From an uncultured virus (IMG/VR IMGVR_UViG_3300019885_000016) (lineage: Duplodnaviria > Heunggongvirae > Uroviricota > Caudoviricetes), in IMG/VR virus record IMGVR_UViG_3300019885_000016: a stretch of 64,000 bases of DNA; one strand, 5' to 3'. Below, one piece after another: positions 38,301-47,707 of this stretch (position 1 is the first letter of the stretch; each line of letters begins with the position of its first letter). The position numbers and the translations under genes were made by a program. The notes beneath the pieces are model-generated. The model had not been told where the DNA came from and made no database searches. It worked only from the letters and a program-made list of their open reading frames with translations.

Positions 38301-41300
38301 CCTGGAGAAGAGATGCCGCCTTACCCGCGCGACTTGGCGGCGACCGAAACAAGCGTTGGCACATTCATCCACAACCCGCGAGAGATAACGCCCGCCCAGA
38401 TTAAGAGCATGGTTAATGACGGTTCTTATGGTTCTCTCTTAGGTCACGTCGAACCGCCAAGCCAGAGCACAACGCAAGTTGTAACGGCTCGTCATCCAGA
38501 GACAGGGGCAGAGATTCAATCTTCTTATGTCTCACCTGATAATGTTCCCGAACAGACTGCTCGCTATGAAGAGATGTATCCGCGTGCTCATATAGAGCAC
38601 GGGGGGGCAGAATTAGAGCGGCAAGTCTTAAGTGAACGCCAGCAAGTAAGCACAGTCCCCGCAAGAGAGTCCGGGCGTGAACTGCTTGGTACGAATGAGC
38701 AGATCAATCGTGAACTGCAATCACTCTCAGATGAAGGCTTACCGCTTTCAAGTGAGATACGAGGCTTGCAATCAAGTCTTTCTCGCGGTGCTACGCCAGA
38801 GATTCAAAAGATTATTGAGAATAATATTTCTCAGAAGCAATCAAGATTGGGTGAGATACAGGCAAGGCAAGCATATCTTCGCGCTGAATTACAGTTGAGA
38901 GCAGAAGGCCAACCTACTGATAATCTTCCAGACCTTAGCGAAGGAGCGATAAATGCAACAGATATTTCCAGTGAACACGCTCCCGAAGCGAGTGCGGCGC
39001 AGGATAGGCAGGAGGTTCATCCGGCGGGGCAAGGTGAAGAAGTTCAGCCGAGTGACGCGGGAACTGAGGGAGTATCTTCTCAGCCACCAGGCCGCATCAC
39101 TCCAAAGCAGATAGTTCGCCACTCTGACCCCAACATTGACGGTGGAGAGGTCGTTGGACGCACGCCCGATGGACGCCTTAAAGTCAGAAATAATGAAGGC
39201 GGCATATCAATAGTTCAAGACCCGCGCAAGCAGGGCGGCAACAGAGAGGCGGCGCTGACAACAAGGCATGGCTTGGTGATTAAGCCGAAGAGCGAGTCAC
39301 TGTCAGAATCTCAGGGACAGAAGCAGGCACAGGAAGTTATTGCTATACCGCCCGCCGCAGGAACCACAAGTGCGGTCGCCCCTGAAAATATTGAAGAGAC
39401 CAGTCCTGCGTTGCAGAAAGCAGTTAAGCATATCACCCGCAAGCCGCGCCGTAGGCGGCAAGCAGATGAAACCCGCCACAGCCTTGCGGAGTTCGTCATG
39501 CTCTCAGGCGGCATCCGACCAGACAGAGATAATGCCAACGCTGGCGAATTAAAGCGTCTTTCAACGAAATCTCTCGGCGGTCGCTGGATTGGTCTTGTCA
39601 ATAAGAACTCTTCACACACTGCCGAGCAGATGGCTACACATGCCGCAGAGCTGGGCTACCCGGTCACGGAGGGCGGCGGCTATGCCGTGCGTGGAAGAGA
39701 GTACGCATCGAATGTTGATCCGAACTTCCTGAGCATGGCCGAAGATGATGCACGGGGAATTCGCAAAATATATTCGTCGGCTAATGAGGCTTTCACCGAA
39801 GCCGACCTTGAAGAATTGACACCTGAGCAAAAGGAAGACTTGGACACGGAATTGCGTTTCCTTGCAGATGCTCATGTGGTAAGATTATTGAAAGAGGTTG
39901 AGAACGGAAATGAAGATGAAGGAATCCGAGAAGAACTCTCCATCCTCGCAAGTAACTACGGCCTCCCTGATGAAGCGGTTGACGCAAACCTCTCGTATGC
40001 TAGAGACGCATGGCTTGAACGCGAGGGGCTACTTGAGGCAAGCTTTGAACAGGGTGAAGAGGATACGTCCTTTGCCTTCGGCTCAAACCGAGAACCTACC
40101 GAAACAACCACTCCGCGGAAATTAACCGCACCAGAGCCAGAACAATCAGATGCCTTTGCTCGGTTACGCAATCTTGCGGCAGATTCGTGGAAACTCACGA
40201 AGAGTGATTACATTGCCCAAGATTGGAAGATTAGGTCTGAAGAATTTCCGGGTAGTGATAGTTTTATAGCTCGGAAGAATGCTGGGGAGAGGCACGAGCA
40301 GCAGGTTAAACAAGCTGCCCGTGAAGGCTTGTATGAACAAGCTATTAGTCGTGGCGAGTTGACTTCTCAAGAGGCTCTCAATGCTCTTGAAAGTTTAGGC
40401 GCAAATCCACCACAGTTCATCCAAAAAGCAATTAAAGCGATTGCGGATTTAACGGAGTCCCCGCTCAAGATGGCACGGCCTGAGATGCGAGAGGCTACGC
40501 CCGAAGAACGCAAGGCACTCAAGATTCCTCCTGCATGGACAGATGTTCACATTACTGATGATCCGAACGCGCGCCTTCTCGCTGTAGGGCGAGATGGTAA
40601 GGGTAGAACGCAACGACTCTACAGTGCTGCCCACACCGAAGCACAACTCGTTGCAAAATTCATCCGTCAACGCGAATTCAATTCGGCATTACCGGCAATA
40701 ATGGAGCAGGTTGAGCGGGATGCGGAAGGTGGAAATGAAGAGGCAAGCGTACTTCGTTTAATTGCTTTAACAGGCTTTCGCGTCGGCAGCGAAGCGGACA
40801 CAGGGGCGAAAATAAAAGCGTATGGGGCGACCACTTTAAGGGCAGAGCATGTTAAAATAGAGGGCGATGTTGTTCACTTTGATTTCATTGGAAAGCTTGG
40901 CGTCAGGCAGCAACACAGTATTCGTGACTCGCAATTAGCGCAGGATTTACAGGGGAGAATGACGCGCGGTGGGGCGTTGTTCTCTACTAATGATACGAAG
41001 GTTCGCAACTATCTAAATCAAATCGCTGGCGGTAAATTCTACAAGGTTCACGACTTTAGAACGTGGAACGCAACTGAAGCGGCACGTAAAGCGATTGAAG
41101 ATATTCAGCCTCCGACAAATGCGGAAGAGTATTGGCAGAAGCGAGATGATGTCGGAGACATTGCCGCACGTAAGATTGGGGACACTCGCCAGATTGCGCT
41201 TGATACTTATATTGACCCACTTGTGTTTGAAGACTGGCGCGAGCGTGCAGGAGTAGAAGAGAATGCGACAAGACCAAGACAAACGAGACGAAAAACCAGT

Positions 41301-44300
41301 GACATTCAAAGAGAAGATGGAACGGATGAAAGAACATTTCGAGACCAACCACTTCGACGTGGAGTTGAAGAAGGGCGAGCCGCGCGAGGAAGTGGAGAAG
41401 AAGTTAGCGGAGCGCTTGTAAAGTCAGAAGACTACTCAGAAGCGGTAAAGAACTTCTCTCTACAAGCATCTTCGCAGAGTGGTAGAATAGAGTCCGTGAA
41501 GGAGTATCAGCCCGGAGCGCGATTGCCTTCCGAATATGTTTACCACCAGACGACGCCTGAAGCACTAGAGGCAATCGAGAGAGAGGGATTTAGTGCGGGG
41601 GCATTTACAGACAGACCGTTTGACTTCCACTTTACAGGTGTGCGCCCCGTTTGGGTTGCTATAAAGAAGTCCGAGCTTCCCAACGTTCAATCACATCAAT
41701 ACGGGTCTGTCATCGCACACGAGACGAGTTTTGAAGCATGGCCTGAGTACGGGCGTGCCGAAACCCCACCAATCCCACCAGAGAACATCTATCTCGTTGA
41801 TAGGCGCGGCAGGGTGATTCGTAGGCTCGGCGCATCAAAACAACTGATTGAGAGAGGTGTAGATGCCTCTCTGAAAATGGCGCAACAGAATCAGGCGTTG
41901 CGCTCCGTTGAAAACTCTGCTGAACTCGCCGCGTCTGCCTCCACTTCTCTAACTGCCTTAGAAGACAATGAAGTAGTCGGCAACCCTGAAGCCGCAGAAC
42001 TCATCCGTCGCGTTATAGATAAATCTTCCGCCGACATAGACGGCCTCACTCTTTTGCCTGAAGAGTCCGCAGAAGTAATCCGCGATCTTCGTGAAGCCGC
42101 AACGCACATGAAGTCTTTGGGGTGGGACGAAGAAGATATAAAACCCTTACGTGATTTTATTGGGAATCTGATGCGCGCTCGCCGCGCCACACCATCAAAG
42201 ATTGTCGTATTCAAGCAGGATGTTGCCCACGCCACCGAGCACGAGTACATGCACGAAGGGCAGTATGTAGGCTCTGGCATGAAGCATTACTCTGAGCATC
42301 TGAGCGCAGAGGATTTCGCGGACTTAGGAAAAACGAACGACATCAAAGCTTATGATGATTATTTCAAAAATACTCCGTCTGAGCGCAACGTTCCCGTTGA
42401 AAGAAAGGTTACTGAATTAGTAGCTTTCTACGCTGCGGGTGATTATCAGAAGTTCGGGAGAACATTTGAGCAAGCGAGGGAATTTCTCAAAAAGTATTTC
42501 AGGGCGTATATTAAGCAGAACGGAAGAGAGAGCGTAGAAGCTTTCAGAAAGCAGCACACGTATGTCAGACAAATCATCGAAGAAGAGAAAGCAAGGGCTG
42601 AAAATCCTTCCGCCGAAGAAAGACCCGTTAGCGGAAGCCTACAAGATTTACAGGGAGAACGAGAACCAGCCCGAGGAAGTCCTGAACCGCCAGATGGACG
42701 CGCACCTTCGACGCCACGCGATGAAGCAACAAGCGAAACGCTAAAGCCGCGCTCTCTACCTTCTACCCTTCGTGAGCGTGGCATTGCAGCCGCAGACTCT
42801 CTATACGAAATCTATCCTAACCGCGCTGCAATCGCAGACGCTAAATCCCTACTTGAAAAATTAGGATGGGAGGCATCCGTCTCTCTAATCAAGAGTGGTC
42901 AGGCTCTCGGCGCAGAGCACATGGCTCTCGCTAAGATTCTCTCTCGCACACTTCTGTCCCAAGCATCTGAAATCTCTTCGACTGATGAAACGGAGGCTGC
43001 TCGTCTTCGTAGCGAAGCGCTCTCTATCACTTCGACAATCTCTGCTGCTGCGACTAAGGCTGGACAGTTCAATCAAGCTGTACAAGCAATAGAAACGTCC
43101 GTTGAAGACGTTATGGCTGCTGCTCAAAGAATTGTGAGTGAGCGTGGTCGAGAGTTGTCGCCTCCTGAAGCCGCAAGAATCCACCGAGCAGGGGAAGAGT
43201 TAGAGCGCACAAACGCTGAGATGGAAGTGGCTGCGTCCGGGTCTGCCGATGCTCGCGCTCAGATTGAAGAGAACAGGAAGATGCGCGGCTGGGCTGAAGG
43301 GGGCCAACTAACAATGGCAGAGATAGACACCCTGCGTAAACGATTAGCTAACCTCCGAGCAAAAGAGAAAACAAGAGAACGGCGTATTGATGAGTTGGAA
43401 GGACGCATCCCGCCGCATGTGCGCAAAGTCTCAGCGCGTAAAGGCGGGCGCTCTCAGGTTCGTCAGAGGGCTGCTGAGTCCCTGGCTTTTGACGAATTAG
43501 ATTTGATGGCGCAGGTTAAATCTGCTCTAGGGATGGGTGGACATTTGAAGATGGCGCAAGCCCGTGCGCTAACTGATACGGAAGCTTTTAAGCGGTGGTT
43601 TGGAGATTCTAAAGTAGTTGATGAAGAGGGCAAACCGCTTGTTTTATATCATGGCACACGCGGGGACTTTGATGAGTTTAGCGGAGAGAGACGTATTTAC
43701 CTGACAACAAATCCTGAGCAAGCGGCGCTCTACGGCAATACCATGATGCCGGTGTATCTGAAGGCTGGCAGTATAAGGGAGGTGGGAGAAACAGCAGGCC
43801 GGTGGTGGAAGGATAAATTTGATGCTGTAACTTCTGCCTATAAACAGTTAGACAGCCGCCGAGTTGATGTGGTGCTTCTTAGGAATACCGCCGACCCCCC
43901 TGTGTTTAATAAGGGCGAAAAGCAAATCTTCGGGGATATTTATGTTGTTAACGACCCAACTCAAATCAAATCAGCAACAGGCAATCGTGGAACATTCTCA
44001 CTAGATGACCCGAACATTCTAAAAATGGCTCAACCCGCCGAGCGTCTTTCTGAAGGATTCACAGGAGAGACACTTCAAAACCTTGCGCACCTCGGAGCCT
44101 TGCGCATCCTTCGCGGCCAATCTTCCGTCGAAGAGTGGAAGCAGGGGATGATTTCAGACTTTGGCTCTCAGATAAAACCTCAAATAGACAGCCTCCACGC
44201 TGAATCGGTCAAAGTCGTTCGTGAGACTTTAAGGCAGGCGAGACGTGATGCTGAACTGGAAAGAATCCGCTCCCGTCCCGGCAATGAAGAGTTGTCTCAA

Positions 44301-46775
44301 GGTGAGCTTGAAGAGATTGCAGACGAGGAGCGCAACGCGAAGAGACGCGCTCAATTAGCCAGAACAGAGCACGAGCGCGCGGCCAAAGCTTACGAGTCAG
44401 GTCAGAGAAAGGTTGAGCGTGAGACTACGAGGAAGGAAGCCCGCACAGTCTCAAGCGTAGAACTCCGCTCTAAAGCTCTGGCTGAAGCTATTGGCAGAAG
44501 TGCCTCAAGCGATATAGATACAATCGCAGCCGCGAAACTTGCTCAACCCAACATGACGCCCGAACGCTTTAACGCGGAGATGTCGCGTGAGCACAACTTG
44601 AAAAGCAATGCTCTACGGGACGCATTCACCGAAGGCGCGCGTGTTCTTGAATCTGCCAGAAACGAGATAAAAGAGTCGAAGCGACTTGCGGAGGCATTAA
44701 GGCAGGCAGAAAAGTCCGGTGAAGCAGACCTGAACCTTGCGATGATGCGACTGCACGAGGCGAGAGCGCAAAAGCGCGATGCTGAACGCAAGGTTGCACG
44801 CGAACTTGCGAAACTCAAGCAGAGTAAATTCACCCCCACACTGGCGGCTTTGTTGGCTCTGGCTCGTGATGGTCTTCTATCTGCTAAGGGACTGCTCCGA
44901 ATAGCTTCAGGCATGTCCGTTAAGCAAGCGGGAGACCTTCTTGCCTCTTTCGGTGAAAGTGCTATTGATACCACTGCATCAAAGGCTCTGGGCTTGCCTC
45001 GAACAACTGCGTCACCTTCTCTTAGCGCAATAATTAACACTCTCATTAGCCTCCCCCGCGCTGGCGGAAGAAGGGTTAAGGCAACCATGCAAGGCAAGTC
45101 GTCCGACTTGATGCCCGCGCATGATCCCCCAACAGAGAACCCTTACGTCAACGTTGCTGCTACGATGATGCAGAGGTTATACGCTTCTAAGGAAGTGCTC
45201 TTACGCTCCTTTGCCCACCCTCTTGCTAAGAATGCCAGAGCGAGAGTCTTTGCTTTGAATGATTTCAGGGGTGGTGGGATTAAGCGAAGCGAAATCGGGC
45301 AGAGGACAAACGAGTACGTGAACGGGACTCAACAGTTCTCCGGTTCAAATATTGAAGTAGCTCGTGATCTGGCAAAACAGCAAGCAGAGTATGAAGCGCG
45401 TAGCGGTGCGATAAGCCCAAGCGTGGTTGAAACAAGAACGAGGGTTTTAGCCACACATCCTGCGGACTTAATTGATGCCCTAGCTATGCAGGACACTGAA
45501 AAACAGGTCTACGCGAATCCCTCTTTATTATCAGAGGGGATGCAGGGAGCGAGAAGCGGAATTTCTCGAAGAAACCCTGTAGGCGGGAAAGTCTTTGACA
45601 TCGCTTCTACAATAGTTCTGCCTTTCGTCAAGCGTCCTGCTAATAGTATTACAGATGCCCTCTACACTTATACAGGTGTGCGCATACCCGTTGAGGCCGC
45701 AAAGATTATAAATGAGAAATGGACGCAAGGCAGAGTCGGAGCAGACCAACGCAGAGCCTTCAATCGCGCGGTCGCAAGGGGCGCAATCGGATGGGCATTA
45801 TTCGGGCTTGGAGCATTGTTGGCAGCATACGGACTGATGACACCTGTTTCAGATGATAGGTTCGACCCGACGAGCGGAGCGATTCACGTTGGAGGTCGTT
45901 ATTGGAAAGTTGCCAATATTCCGTTCGTAGGATGGCTCTTAGGCATGGGCGCTACTTATCAGATGAAAGGCGCGCACGCAGTTCCTAAAGCACTACTTAA
46001 TATGATTCTTGAGCACCCTCTACTTCGCGGCATCTCTGACATGGCAGATGCTTTTGATGAAGCAAAGCAAGCAGTGCAAGGTGGCGTGTCTGCTTCAAAA
46101 CTTGAAATGGGTGCGGGTCACATAGGGGCGCGGCTAATCCCTTCACCTTTGGCTATAATCGCAGAAGGAATGGACACGCGAGAGCGTAAACAAGTGAATC
46201 CGTCAGACCCGTTCCTTTATAGGATACCGGGAGCACGCCAGACACTAGAGCCTCGCACGGATGGGCAGGGCAATGAAATCCAGAAGAGCCATTTATCAGT
46301 CGTAGACCCGTTCTCTTCCGTCTCTGATGAAAATGTAAAACCGCTTTCACCTGCGATGGAACTTCTTCGAGAAATTCAGCGCGCACGCGACCCGAACCCA
46401 ACCCCCGCGACCGAAACGGAACGTCTTCATCGTGATGCAATCAACAAACTCGCGGGTGAGTTGAAGGAAGGCCAAGACGTTCGAGAGGATTTCAAGCAGT
46501 TAATCCGGCAGGGAGTCTTAAAAGCCGGTGATTTCAGACAGATTCGCGAGCGTGCTGCGTTGACGGATTTACAGAGAGGCATTGAAGACTTATCGCTGGA
46601 AGAGGCTGAGAGGGTTTACAGCGAAGTCACGCCGGAAGAGCGTGCGCAGCTTGAGCCAATACTGAAAAGGAAGCGGAAGCGTGCATTAGCAGAGGAAAGA
46701 AGAGCCTCAAGGCGTTCTCTAAAGATGTTGACGCCTCAATCTGTACAAAGAAGGGCGATGCAGGTTCAAAGATGA
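35334..46775 (+). CDS. Giant polyvalent ejection protein: lytic transglycosylase, topoisomerase IB, two ART-like domains, HExxH metallopeptidase motif
   Basis: QESG/GGLQV/AYHAG; IPPAWTDV...DFRTW...YIDP; YHQT; HEYMH; WFGDSKVVD...LYHGT...PTQIKSATGNRGTF. Confidence 0.88.
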   Translation: MSVPQNIIDEMQRIGVRPPQPSGLSTIDQLAEEEGLAPRHRQEIAAIGGQESGRVTNEARPDSHASGGLQVIPSTGLHYVTPGEWATPQGKIRAGLRYYKSILNAFPGDDQFDQRAAAYHAGIGAVQHAVASGQRLPHTEDRYVSRQLGRPYFTDTDYVPTVLARFNGSNGNSKPPQNVQDEIARISGAPLSGSAHEGQQPQATPPPIATEIARINQSSTSAQAGLQTQPTPSTEANQVTGQPSPFTVPTYTTRKRRATDEGEPEQGTLEPNQVTFTPSQAVIATPGTTLPTRAAQGQPTSQPVASTASPITTQLTPEQGYVVGTALGEAADRQRHETFDQAAFEQWRRRNRIPVPKTDEERRNTQTLFANVQNSDPDAVATLNKYQADLRRRDRIQRRNEPIRRQSQAGSANGGEPNLGEVTDADFVKYLGTLPGESAGWSRPQLIQAAFTVARRKQAGEAQSVPALADMERAALREHAGLPASPQTNNRPRSPLAVPPRPSIDFRRPNRPFEFTARGEEAARVQASGQQIRAALQLNSVRDQVRQQMSHEWEYDPRNHNAMPLDDGAIERRINQMREATQHEEELRASLSPEQHQQAQEIAQGLQRRFSNEPGWLSALDTGLDISASNTATLIPGVWRIIGDVTGSQRIKQLAREGEQYFAMRREAHDISTRGQTDTQSVLTNGARVVSDVVQLAALSEVAGPVKAMAALGGLESLGGGQSYGRAAMETVKGAGYGAMFGAAARIRPFASTEGLLARGGDLAAHLGTVATGTYAIERAFGSSHQEAMRAAMTNTILSGVLQFTGTVGAGVSEEARMASEGRGAVGERLPENVRAAITRARGRVPVYVQEESGGEGGRIGVVNAEPGENGSGRIEHFRPLTYEEVGQVNPSRYVTVSPEEFDAMVETFDSSRGEQILNQTPDLEPAQGSMPQEPGATALVRREGASPNEAPTPNQAPSAPQPTPETPETINAQMEAFVAGRRKAILVTPGEEMPPYPRDLAATETSVGTFIHNPREITPAQIKSMVNDGSYGSLLGHVEPPSQSTTQVVTARHPETGAEIQSSYVSPDNVPEQTARYEEMYPRAHIEHGGAELERQVLSERQQVSTVPARESGRELLGTNEQINRELQSLSDEGLPLSSEIRGLQSSLSRGATPEIQKIIENNISQKQSRLGEIQARQAYLRAELQLRAEGQPTDNLPDLSEGAINATDISSEHAPEASAAQDRQEVHPAGQGEEVQPSDAGTEGVSSQPPGRITPKQIVRHSDPNIDGGEVVGRTPDGRLKVRNNEGGISIVQDPRKQGGNREAALTTRHGLVIKPKSESLSESQGQKQAQEVIAIPPAAGTTSAVAPENIEETSPALQKAVKHITRKPRRRRQADETRHSLAEFVMLSGGIRPDRDNANAGELKRLSTKSLGGRWIGLVNKNSSHTAEQMATHAAELGYPVTEGGGYAVRGREYASNVDPNFLSMAEDDARGIRKIYSSANEAFTEADLEELTPEQKEDLDTELRFLADAHVVRLLKEVENGNEDEGIREELSILASNYGLPDEAVDANLSYARDAWLEREGLLEASFEQGEEDTSFAFGSNREPTETTTPRKLTAPEPEQSDAFARLRNLAADSWKLTKSDYIAQDWKIRSEEFPGSDSFIARKNAGERHEQQVKQAAREGLYEQAISRGELTSQEALNALESLGANPPQFIQKAIKAIADLTESPLKMARPEMREATPEERKALKIPPAWTDVHITDDPNARLLAVGRDGKGRTQRLYSAAHTEAQLVAKFIRQREFNSALPAIMEQVERDAEGGNEEASVLRLIALTGFRVGSEADTGAKIKAYGATTLRAEHVKIEGDVVHFDFIGKLGVRQQHSIRDSQLAQDLQGRMTRGGALFSTNDTKVRNYLNQIAGGKFYKVHDFRTWNATEAARKAIEDIQPPTNAEEYWQKRDDVGDIAARKIGDTRQIALDTYIDPLVFEDWRERAGVEENATRPRQTRRKTSDIQREDGTDERTFRDQPLRRGVEEGRAARGSGEEVSGALVKSEDYSEAVKNFSLQASSQSGRIESVKEYQPGARLPSEYVYHQTTPEALEAIEREGFSAGAFTDRPFDFHFTGVRPVWVAIKKSELPNVQSHQYGSVIAHETSFEAWPEYGRAETPPIPPENIYLVDRRGRVIRRLGASKQLIERGVDASLKMAQQNQALRSVENSAELAASASTSLTALEDNEVVGNPEAAELIRRVIDKSSADIDGLTLLPEESAEVIRDLREAATHMKSLGWDEEDIKPLRDFIGNLMRARRATPSKIVVFKQDVAHATEHEYMHEGQYVGSGMKHYSEHLSAEDFADLGKTNDIKAYDDYFKNTPSERNVPVERKVTELVAFYAAGDYQKFGRTFEQAREFLKKYFRAYIKQNGRESVEAFRKQHTYVRQIIEEEKARAENPSAEERPVSGSLQDLQGEREPARGSPEPPDGRAPSTPRDEATSETLKPRSLPSTLRERGIAAADSLYEIYPNRAAIADAKSLLEKLGWEASVSLIKSGQALGAEHMALAKILSRTLLSQASEISSTDETEAARLRSEALSITSTISAAATKAGQFNQAVQAIETSVEDVMAAAQRIVSERGRELSPPEAARIHRAGEELERTNAEMEVAASGSADARAQIEENRKMRGWAEGGQLTMAEIDTLRKRLANLRAKEKTRERRIDELEGRIPPHVRKVSARKGGRSQVRQRAAESLAFDELDLMAQVKSALGMGGHLKMAQARALTDTEAFKRWFGDSKVVDEEGKPLVLYHGTRGDFDEFSGERRIYLTTNPEQAALYGNTMMPVYLKAGSIREVGETAGRWWKDKFDAVTSAYKQLDSRRVDVVLLRNTADPPVFNKGEKQIFGDIYVVNDPTQIKSATGNRGTFSLDDPNILKMAQPAERLSEGFTGETLQNLAHLGALRILRGQSSVEEWKQGMISDFGSQIKPQIDSLHAESVKVVRETLRQARRDAELERIRSRPGNEELSQGELEEIADEERNAKRRAQLARTEHERAAKAYESGQRKVERETTRKEARTVSSVELRSKALAEAIGRSASSDIDTIAAAKLAQPNMTPERFNAEMSREHNLKSNALRDAFTEGARVLESARNEIKESKRLAEALRQAEKSGEADLNLAMMRLHEARAQKRDAERKVARELAKLKQSKFTPTLAALLALARDGLLSAKGLLRIASGMSVKQAGDLLASFGESAIDTTASKALGLPRTTASPSLSAIINTLISLPRAGGRRVKATMQGKSSDLMPAHDPPTENPYVNVAATMMQRLYASKEVLLRSFAHPLAKNARARVFALNDFRGGGIKRSEIGQRTNEYVNGTQQFSGSNIEVARDLAKQQAEYEARSGAISPSVVETRTRVLATHPADLIDALAMQDTEKQVYANPSLLSEGMQGARSGISRRNPVGGKVFDIASTIVLPFVKRPANSITDALYTYTGVRIPVEAAKIINEKWTQGRVGADQRRAFNRAVARGAIGWALFGLGALLAAYGLMTPVSDDRFDPTSGAIHVGGRYWKVANIPFVGWLLGMGATYQMKGAHAVPKALLNMILEHPLLRGISDMADAFDEAKQAVQGGVSASKLEMGAGHIGARLIPSPLAIIAEGMDTRERKQVNPSDPFLYRIPGARQTLEPRTDGQGNEIQKSHLSVVDPFSSVSDENVKPLSPAMELLREIQRARDPNPTPATETERLHRDAINKLAGELKEGQDVREDFKQLIRQGVLKAGDFRQIRERAALTDLQRGIEDLSLEEAERVYSEVTPEERAQLEPILKRKRKRALAEERRASRRSLKMLTPQSVQRRAMQVQR

Positions 46776-47080
46776 AGATGGCGGAAAAGGAATTAACTAT
46801 TGAAATATGGTGGTCAGGTGAAGATTACGAAGTCAATTTGAAAGAAGACGGTGAAGACGTGAAGTTTCGTGCGCCGACTACCGATGAAGAGTTACACGAA
46901 GCGATTGATGAACTGCTTCCGTCAATAAAGGAGAAGCCTTGAAACTCTGGACACCAATCAGACGATTCTTCAAGCCTCAAAAGCCGCCAAGCTTTACTGT
47001 GGATAGTGGTAGCTATCAGAGCATCAATACAAGGAATTACTCGAATCTGAAAGTGATTAGCGCGGAAGGAAGATTCTGTA

Positions 47081-47707
47081 ATGACAGCAAGTAAGAAAAA
47101 GTATGTAAGAGGCAGGCGGGCTAGAAAGCTCAGGGCTGCAAAGTTCGTTGAGGCTCTAATTGAGGGCGGCAACGCTACGGATGCGGCAGCATCCGTGACC
47201 GACAGCACCAACCGCAGCTATCTGAAAGTTCAAGGACATCGCCTAATGAACGACCCTTACGTAAAAGAGATGATTGAAGAGAGAATCGCGCAGTCGAATG
47301 TCAGCACTCAGGAGATCATCGGGACTTTGGTGTCTCACATGCGCGGAGACCTTGCGGACATCTTTCCCGATGACCCTGTATTGAAAGCAGCGCGGAAGCG
47401 CGGAGTCTCACATTTAATTAAGAAGTTGGAGCGGAAAGAGCATTTCATTGTACGAGAAGAGGGCGAAGAGCCTATCAGGGAAGTCGTAACTAAGATTGAG
47501 ATTCACAACGCGCATTCAGCGGCCAAGCACCTGACAAATGTGTTCGGTCTTGAAAAGCTGCCGGGACTAAACCCTGAGACCGAAAAGGAACTGAACGCTA
47601 TGGTTGAGAAGTTGATTAAGAAGGCAGCAGAAAAAGGTGTGGAGGTTACGCCCGAACAGGCACGCGCGAAGTTGACTCCGCTTATTCAGTCGAAGGCTAT
47701 CAACTAA
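47081..47707 (+). CDS. terS: Terminase small subunit
   Basis: KFVEALIEGGNATDAA...GHRLM; directly upstream of terL. Confidence 0.85.
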   Translation: MTASKKKYVRGRRARKLRAAKFVEALIEGGNATDAAASVTDSTNRSYLKVQGHRLMNDPYVKEMIEERIAQSNVSTQEIIGTLVSHMRGDLADIFPDDPVLKAARKRGVSHLIKKLERKEHFIVREEGEEPIREVVTKIEIHNAHSAAKHLTNVFGLEKLPGLNPETEKELNAMVEKLIKKAAEKGVEVTPEQARAKLTPLIQSKAIN

